From Octopus sinensis (Eukaryota): DNA of 64,000 nucleotides. The stretch is from positions 32,401 through 96,400 of the forward strand of contig NW_021832860.1 in NCBI RefSeq assembly GCF_006345805.1, read 5' to 3'. Made by a program: the position numbers and the translations under genes. A model generated the notes under the pieces. That model was not told where the DNA came from. It did not search any database and saw only the letters and a program-made list of their open reading frames with translations. Positions 55,229-64,000 of this stretch are shown in pieces (the first letter of the stretch is position 1; the number at the start of each line of letters is the position of its first letter).

Positions 55229-56149
55229 TTACTCTTTTACTCTTTTACTTGTTTCAGTCATTTGACTGCGGCCATGCTGGGGCACCGCCTTTAGTCGAGC
55301 AAATCGACCCCGGGACTTATTCTTTGTAAGCCCAGTACTTATACTATCGGTCTCTTTTGCCGAACCGCTAAGTGACGGGGACGTAAACACACCACCATAT
55401 ACAGACAAACACAGACACACACATACATATATATACATATATACGACAGGCTTCTTTCAGTTTCCGTCTACCAAATCCACTCACAAGGCATTGGTCGGCC
55501 CGGGGCTATAGCAGAAGACTTGCCCAAGATGCCACGCAGTGGGACTGAACCCGGAACCATGTGGTTGGTTAGCAAGCTACTTACCACACAGCCACTGTGT
55601 ATGTTGGATGTATGTTTTTCATATATAGATGTACATGCGGTTGAATTTTATGCATGTTTATGTGTGGTATAAAAGGCTTTCATTTTTGTGTGTTTCTATG
55701 TGTGTGAGGTCGAATATAGTGGATATGCATGCAGTTGTAAGTATGCTATACGATATCTTAATGTGTACGTGGAGCTGCAATGGCCCAGTGGTTAGAGCAG
55801 CAGACTCGCGGTCGTAGGATCGCGGTTTCAATTGCCAGACCGGGCGTTGTGAGTGTTTATTGAGCGAAAACACCTAAAGCTCCGCGAGGTTCCGGCAGGG
55901 GGTGTGTGGCAAACCCTGCTGTACTCTTTCCCCACAACTTTCTCTCACTCTTCTTCCTGTTTCTGTTGTACCTGTATTTCGAAGGGTCAGCCATGTCACA
56001 CTCTGTGTCATGCTGAATCTCCCCGAGATCTCTGTTAAGCGTACAAGTGTCTGTCGAGTACTCAGCCATTTGCCCGTTAATTTCATGAGCAGGCTGTTCC
56101 ATTGATGGGATCAACTGGAACCCTTATCGACGTAACCGACGGAGTACCA
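55229..56149. mobile_element. SINE B (55229-55596, -) and SINE C (55771-56149, +)
   Basis: Family motifs present. Confidence 0.85.
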
Positions 56150-56334
56150 AGTGAATGTATGACGTTGAATTATATCGGGATGTACTATGAAGATGTTATA
56201 TTTAATTGGATTGGACAATATATATATGTAAATATATAGTTTGTGGATCTCTCTCTTTCTCCACTTCACTCTCCCTCGCTCCCTCCCTCCCTCCCTCTCT
56301 TTCTCTGTATATATATGTGCGTATGTATATATAA

Positions 56335-56699
56335 CTAGCACTATGACCCGGCAACGTCGGCTCATAGTGCTAGTGCATGCATATACAGCTGCGTGCGTGC
56401 GCACATACACGCGAGTACTGTCCAAATCTCCGACCAATCACATACAGCCAGCTGGCATTCAATTGGCGTATCAAGTTTCGGACATTTTGATTGAGTTTTG
56501 GATAGAAAATTCACAAAAATGTCACTTCTATTGATTTTTTCATTGACTTTGCGGGGTGACTGAGGAAATGTAAAGATGTGCACGACCACCCTCGGTCGGT
56601 TTTGAATGACCACAGAAAGTGCGAGCCCTCTAACTGAAAAATTGTGGATTTGTATAAAAGTCACAGACGCGGACATTTTGCCGTTTATATATAGAGAGA
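56335..56699 (-). mobile_element. non-autonomous Helitron
   Basis: Minus strand starts A|TC(TCTCTATATATAAACGG) and ends CTAG|T, with a 3' hairpin at 56334-56374. Confidence 0.75.
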
Positions 56700-56940
56700 T
56701 ATATTCTCATCCAAAATGGAGACGAATACCAACGTTTTCATGTGACAGGTTTGAAAATTGCTGAGAGATTTCTCTTCACATGAACACATTGGTAAACTTG
56801 TGAAGCAACAACTAAAAACATATTTGTCCACGAATAAGTTGTTGAGCACTCATTCCTACAGTTCAATATTACCCTATGTAAATGTGTGTGTGTGTGTGTG
56901 TGTGTGTGTACGTCTGATGTATGTACTTATGTATATGCAT

Positions 56941-57365
56941 CTTTTACTCTTTTACTCTTTTACTTGTTTCAGCCATTTAACTGCGGCCATGCTGGAGCAC
57001 CGCCTTTAGCCGAGCAAATCGATCCCAGGACTTATTCTTTGGAAGCCTAGTACTTATTCTATCGGTCTCTTTTGCCGAACCGCTAAGTTACGGGGGCGTA
57101 GACACACCACTATCGGTTGTCAAGCAATGTTGCGGGGACAAACACGACACACAAACATATACACTGACATACATATATAATATATACATATATATATATA
57201 CATATATACGACGGGCTTCTTTCAATTTCCGTCTACCAAATCCACTCACAAGGTTTTCGTCGGTCCGACGCTATAGTAGAAGACACTCGCCTAAGGTGCC
57301 ACGCAGTAGGAATGAACTATGTGGCTGGTAAGCAAGCTACTTACCACACAGCCACTCCTGCGCCT
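56941..57365 (-). mobile_element. SINE family B
   Basis: Full family organisation. Confidence 0.85.
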
Positions 57366-58827
57366 ATGTATATACGTATGTATATACACATACGTACATG
57401 TGTGTGTGTGAGTGTGTGTGTAGTGAGATCCAAATAGTTGAGATCAAAACAGTTCGTTAGCTTCTAGCATGCACAATGTTTGTATAGATAACGCAAGACG
57501 AGACGATAATGAATCAATAAATTTTATTAATCACTATATCGAATGTACTTGGTCTCTTATCGAAATTACCAGAAATTCCGATAAGATGAATATTTGGTAC
57601 TCATTCTATCGCTCCCTTTTGCCGAACAGCTAAGTTACGGGTATGTAACAACTTTACGGGTATGTAACAATCTACAAAGACTGCTAATTATGAAATAATT
57701 AAATCTGTGAATTAAATGAATAAAATAGATATATACATGTGCATCGAATTTTTCACCGGTTTTTCTTAAACTCATTACGGCAAAGAATTTCTAACTAAAA
57801 TTCTACCTGGTGAAAAATATGGGTCCCTTGTAATTAATTTTAAAACCAACCAATAGTATTATAGTTGCTTAATGTATCACTACTTTAGAAAGACAGTATC
57901 CATTAGTGAACGCGTAACGGGATTTAGACAGTTACAATTTGCCTGTTAATGTGGGGTTTGTATACTTGTGGCTTACCTCTGTAGTGAGTGAGTAATAAGC
58001 TACGTTGTCGTGGCATATGTAGCTGACCTTGACGTTAGAAGCGTTGAAATGTTATTTTATTAGTGTATCTCTCGGAAGTGTTATATCAATAGACATAGAA
58101 AGTTCTTGGTTGTATTCCTTATATGGTCGAGTAAACCAGATTACTATATTTTCCCCCGTTTTATTCTTGTTTGGAAGGGAAATATTTCTCAAATGTGCAC
58201 TGCATTACCTTATCTTTGAAGCCGCTCCTAGCAGGAGATCCCTGTAGGATGGGATTGTATTGGTAAAGATATTTGAAAAAAGAGGGGAAATGAAAGTCAT
58301 TCTAACATCACCAGAAAAGCATAAAACATCAACATCAACATAAAGACAATCACAATAAAACAGCACTAAAAACAATTGCAACAACATTAACAACATCATT
58401 TCTTTAACAACTGCAGCCACACAAGAGTAGCATCAGTCACCACCACTGCAGCTACAATATTACCTACATAATAAGAGCGACATCACCACTACTATCACTC
58501 CGATTACAACCACCATCATCACCATCATCACTACCACCACCAATACCACCACGACCACGACCATCACCATCAACAACAACAACAACAACAGCAAGAGTAA
58601 CAATAGCTATTGATTTATCGATCATTATGAACAAGTAGTTCAATCAAGCTATACTCCTTACAAAATAACTTGTATGTATGGATGTGTGTTTATATGAATT
58701 GTCACGTGTTGCGTATGAATTAATGTGCATAAACACCTCTACGTTTGTGTGTATGTTTGAGCATGTTTATGAGCATGTATGAATAATATAGGTATATAAT
58801 GTGTCTGTGTCTAATCTGTAGTCCCTC

Positions 58828-58860
<33 letters not shown>

Positions 58861-58891
58861 ATATATATGTATATATAATATGTAAATAATA

Positions 58892-58964
<73 letters not shown>

Positions 58965-58965
<1 letters not shown>

Positions 58966-59521
58966 CCCTGATGCAGTACCAGGCAGTGGCTCTCATGGCT
59001 TCTGATCTTAACTGATTGGAAGTGTTATCATGTACATTGTTTTGTCTTGGTATAAAAGATGGGCTACAGCAAATATTCTGCTCAATACCACAGATTTGCT
59101 TGTCAGTTGTTTGACCTTAACCAGTTGAGCATGTCCCTTAGTGGCTGACGATATGTGCATCTCTGATCACGAGCAGAAGTAGTGGGGGAGCATCATAGCC
59201 ATGTGTTTGAGAGGGATTCTTTGGGGTTTGAATAGTTCACCTCTGGAAACATGGGTGGTTCTTTCAACATCCTTAAACAACCCTTATTCAGGGACCGTTT
59301 GAGCAGGATGGGCTACTCAAAATGAAGAAAAAAATTCTAACTGGGGCCCACCTGCAAGGTCATGTGCTGTTTATCTTGATATGAGATCACCATGTCGCGC
59401 ACATATGGTTGTGATGCATGTGCCTGGTGTACCTTATCAGACGGGTAGTCATGATGGGTATATTGGGCTTCGTATATTTTACCACAGTGTCACTTTGATG
59501 GCATGAACTGCTCTCTCACTC
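58965..59521 (+). mobile_element. apparently full-length family D non-coding repeat (557 bp) in (TAA)n
   Basis: gccctgatgcagtacc...ctctctcactc, flanked by (TAA)n; four copies in the window. Confidence 0.88.
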
Positions 59522-59880
59522 AATAATAATAATAATAATGATAATAATGATAATAATAATAATAATAATAATAATGAATAATAACAATAATAATAAGATA
59601 TATGTATCTGTGAGGATGTATATATATATACATATATTTATATGAATGTATGCAATTATAAGTGTCTTGTGAGTATGGATGTGTGTATTACACACACACA
59701 GATATGATTGTGAACATTCATTCATGTATATACAAACACACGCATTCACATTGCTGACCCGGTACCAAAATTTGGGACCAACATTATATAGCGTTTTCAG
59801 GCAAAGAGCTCACAGAATCGTTATATCATATTTATTTCCATATTATTATTTCTTCTTATTGGTGTATGATACGAATATAT

Positions 59881-59919
<39 letters not shown>

Positions 59920-60140
59920 TTTGATACTTTGATAGGTTTCGGCCATTATTGGCCCAGGCCATGTCCAACTTAATAGCACCACCTGGTGAAGTCTTTCAAG
60001 TCAGAATTTGGGCACTATGGCCCACTCAAGTAGAGAGTTATTGTTTACAGAGACATATCCGGGTGTAGGGGGTTTATCCGGGATTTCTTGAAGGAATCTG
60101 TCCAAAGACTTCTTGAACCCTATAGGGTCAGTTTCTGTTT
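59920..60140 (-). mobile_element. APE-type LINE (CR1/L2/Jockey-like) 3' end
   Basis: FKKSLDRFLQEIPDKPPTPGY...NSLLEW, then a short UTR ending in tcaaagtatcaaagta. Confidence 0.65.
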
Positions 60141-60156
60141 TATATATATATATATA

Positions 60157-60900
60157 TAGGGTGGGTGAATGAAAGTAAATCATGTTTAGGCGTAAGCACC
60201 GGTGGCATCAACAAGTTTCCTCAAACGGCCAGGGATGGAATGAACAACCTTCTGAAGGACGTCATCTGGGATATCATTGAGAACCTCCTGAATCCGTGTC
60301 CCCAAGTCGTCCAGTGTGCGAGGTTTTGTCTTGAACACATCCTCTTTTGTGTATCCCAACAGGTAAAAATCCCATGGAGTGAGATCTAGACTTCTTGGAT
60401 TTCTAGACTTCTGCGGTCACAGTCTTTAAACTTTAGCTCCTACACGTAATGGGGTATCCACGGACGAAAATTCAATTCTTTATGCAACACCGTACGTGTT
60501 GTGTGTCTTGTTAGTCCACTCTCACGAGCTGTTTCACCTGTTGATTTTTGTTGGCTGCGATTGAAAATTTTTCGGCAATGTTGCTAATTTATCGGCTGAT
60601 CGAGATGTCGTTGGAGAGCTACTTCTTGCTTCGTTCACAGAACCCGTAGTCATCAGCTTTGCATGAGAACTTCTTATTGTCTCCGGACGTAGTGTTGAAT
60701 GCTTACCTTTCCATTCACGCGACCATCGCTGAACCAAAACAATGGAATTCCACACTTCATAGCATGCTACTATCTTAGCTTGTCCCTGAACAGTAAAACG
60801 ACCGGCCATCTGGAAAACAAGAAATAAGAAAGAAGACTATAAGAAGATCAGAAATTCCCATTAGTATTGTCTGTTTAAAAAGTGCTTTCGTCATGACAGC
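60157..60900 (-). mobile_element. internally deleted Tc1/IS630-like transposon (DUF4817-type N-terminal HTH)
   Basis: N-terminus ...IVLVQR...TTGSVNE..; C-terminus DLTPWDFYLLGYTKEDVFKTKPRTLDDL...RLRKLVDATGAYA*. The catalytic middle is missing; one end lies in (TA)n. Confidence 0.8.
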
Positions 60901-60949
60901 TGTGATACTCAAAGTTTTATAAGCCATTTCTAATGCTTAATTACTTACC

Positions 60950-61430
60950 TATTTCTTTATTACCCACAAGGGGCTAAACACAGAGGGGACAAACAAGGAC
61001 AGACAAATGGATTAAGTCGATTATATCGACCCCAGTGCGTAACTGGTACTTAATTTATCGACCCCGAAAGGATGAAAGGCAAAGTCGACCTCGGCGGAAT
61101 TTGAACTCACAACGTAACGCAGGCGAAATACCGCTAAGCATTTCGCCCGACGTGCTAACGTTTCTGCCAGCTCTCCGCCATTTTACCACCCACTCTGTAT
61201 ATGTATGTATACATGTATCTGTTTGTGTGTCTGTGTTTGTTCCCCCCCTAGTCACCATCGCCTGACAACCTATGTTGGTGTCTTTACGTCCCCGTAACTT
61301 AGCGGTTGCGCTAAATAGACTGATAGAATAAGTACTAGGTTTACAAAGAACAAGTCTAGGGGACGATTTGTTCGACTATGGGCGGTGCTCCAGCATGGCC
61401 GCACTCAAAATGACTGCAACAAGTAAAAGA
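60950..61430. mobile_element. SINE A (60950-61179, -) and SINE B 3' half (+)
   Basis: Family motifs present. Confidence 0.8.
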
Positions 61431-61441
61431 ATATATATACG

Positions 61442-61479
<38 letters not shown>

Positions 61480-61817
61480 AAAAAATACAAACTGGGACAA
61501 GAACGCAAATCATTTAGGAGACGATACAAAAAACACGGACGGGACATTCGAAGCGTTCAATCTTCAGTCAAGAACCGGATCATCCTCGCAATTTCGGCTG
61601 ATTAATCTTGAGATTGCTCCGATCTGGCCAGCCCCAACGGAAAATCTAAGCCAAGCGAATGTATACAAAACAAGGACGGAAAAACGGATGATGTTACACG
61701 AATAAGAATACGAAAATACGTAAAAGCAATAATGATAATAATAATAAGAAAAACAGAACGTTACAGACAGGCGTCTTTCGACAGGACGAGTAAATTTTGA
61801 GCTGGCGTGTTAGAAAT

Positions 61818-61898
<81 letters not shown>

Positions 61899-61907
61899 CA
61901 GATAGGT

Positions 61908-61984
<77 letters not shown>

Positions 61985-62169
61985 CATAGATAGATAGATA
62001 CATAGGAGTAGAAGTGGGTATATGGTAATTAGCTTGCTTACCAACCACATGGCTCTGGGTTCAGTCCTACTGCAAGGCACCTTGGGCCAGAGTCTTCTAC
62101 TATAGCCTCAGGCCAGCCAAAGCCTTTTGAGTGGCCTTCGTAGACGGAAACTGAAAGAAGCCCGTCGTG

Positions 62170-62203
<34 letters not shown>

Positions 62204-62495
62204 CATATGTACAGTGCATGTGTTTCTATGTGTTTATTCGTGTATGCATCGTATGTGTGTGCATGAGTATGTGAATGCGCGCCCGCGTGTATGTGTGATA
62301 TGCAAGTCATTGTTTGTTATATAGTATAAAGTACTGGCACAATGTAAAGGTTGGTGGAGCGGAAAAGAGAAAGATGTATGGAGAACATTCTCTGTATAGT
62401 GATATAAACACATACACACACACACACATGTTCATACATGCATACATACATAGTTGCTAACATACATACACACGCGCGTCTATGCATATACATAC

Positions 62496-62526
<31 letters not shown>

Positions 62527-62609
62527 TATATATATATATACATCTGTATATGTGTGTATATGCATATATGTATATTTGTATGAACAGGTGCGTGCACACA
62601 CACACGCAT

Positions 62610-62661
<52 letters not shown>

Positions 62662-63130
62662 TTTGAAAAGAGAGAGAGATCGTGAGAGAGTAAGTGTGAA
62701 AGAAATCATAAAAAAAGATTGTTTTGCCCAAATAGGAGCGATAACAATAACCACTAGGTATTTTATAGAACAAGAAGTGTCGATTAATTATTCTTTAATC
62801 AATGGATCAATCATTCATTTAATATCTTAGTCTTTCATTCCATTCTCTTGACCTGTATTGATTTATCACTTTCTATTATTTTTTTCTTTTCGGAGGTTTT
62901 TTTCTCTCTCTTTTTGGTATTTTTTTCTTTATCTTTTCTGCTTCGATCGACACTTTTGTTTCATGTTCAGAAGCAATCACACGCACAAATACACGGATAT
63001 TTTATTTCGCAAGCTAGCTAGTTTCCGACTCCCACTCTCTCTCTCTCTCTCTCGCTTTCTCCACACACATGCACATTCTCACACACACTCCACACTCACA
63101 CACGCATATATATATGTATGCATGTATGTG

Positions 63131-63161
<31 letters not shown>

Positions 63162-63374
63162 TTTTTTCTAGTTTCAGCTCAGAGCTGCGGCCATGCTGAT
63201 GCATATATATATACATATATATACACAATATAATAAATATACACATATATATATATACATATACATATATATATATATACATATATATATATACATTATA
63301 TATAACAGATATATACATATATATAATATATAATACAAATATATATATATATATATATATTTACATATATATAT

Positions 63375-63410
<36 letters not shown>

Positions 63411-63629
63411 ATACATATATATAAAAATAATATATATATACATATATATATATATTTATATGTATGCTTATTTATTTAGATATGCATACATACGTGGCAG
63501 CGGATGGTGGTTTCACACTGGTGTGAAGTGCAGTTCAGCGAAAACGGTGTTCAATATCGTTCGGCCAGATCGATAATAGTTAGAACTGTTCGTGAGAAAA
63601 GACAACCCTGGATCCTATGTTACATAAGA

Positions 63630-63836
63630 CAGAGTTTCTCAGCCCCCTTTTTTGCATATGGACCGCTTTGATTCCCATTTATTTCTATTGGACCTCCGTA
63701 ACCATTCCTTGTTTAAAAAAAAAAACGTCAAACTATTTTGTTTGTGTAGATGTGTAAACAATTATTACCAAAAAGCTTTAACTACAAAATCTTAAAGGAC
63801 ATTCGAGGTCATCTGGACCCCGGTTGAGAACCACTG
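63630..63836. mobile_element. hAT-type MITE
   Basis: Right TIR ggttgagaaccactg (rc cagtggttctcaacc); degenerate left TIR cagagtttctcagcc. Confidence 0.6.
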
Positions 63837-63970
63837 TGCATATGTGCATATATATATATATATATAAAGTTAATCCAAACAAGAAAAAACAAAAACAAAA
63901 AACACAAACAACCGCAAGGACGTGGACAAATAAAGTATTATTGGACGCTCAGGAAAGAAGGGAAGAAGGA

Positions 63971-64000
63971 GGGTTTTACGTTTCGAGCGGAGCTCTTCGT
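63971..64000 (-). ncRNA. minimal hammerhead-like motif truncated by the window edge
   Basis: Minus strand [CTG]ACGA a gagc tcc gctc GAAA cg TA aaaccc. Confidence 0.55.

Noticed and set aside
59140-59205. CTGACGA within family D
   Set aside because: No GAAA or UH in a geometry that closes the three stems.

Overview
AT-rich, microsatellite-dense eukaryotic DNA that looks intergenic or intronic. The repeat repertoire suggests an octopus-like cephalopod (inference). I find no supportable intact host protein-coding gene, and nearly all listed ORFs are translations of microsatellites or SINEs. The window is a mosaic of: three tRNA-headed SINE families; many 5'-truncated R4/Dong-like RLE LINE fragments sitting in (TAA)n tracts; a ~560 bp non-coding TAA-flanked repeat family; and decayed DNA transposons (mariner, piggyBac, pogo, DUF4817-type Tc1, hAT MITE, Helitron/HINE). 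There is also a tRNA-His pseudogene. The most interesting signal is a set of hammerhead ribozyme motifs (CUGANGA...GAAA...UH with pairing stems, folded by eye) in at least four unrelated non-coding units. These units show inverted arms, terminal redundancy or circular permutation, and their ribozyme-sense 3' ends mostly abut (TA)n. This fits Penelope-like-element-mobilised non-LTR retrozymes, which may produce circular RNAs. Coordinates of degenerate repeats are approximate.
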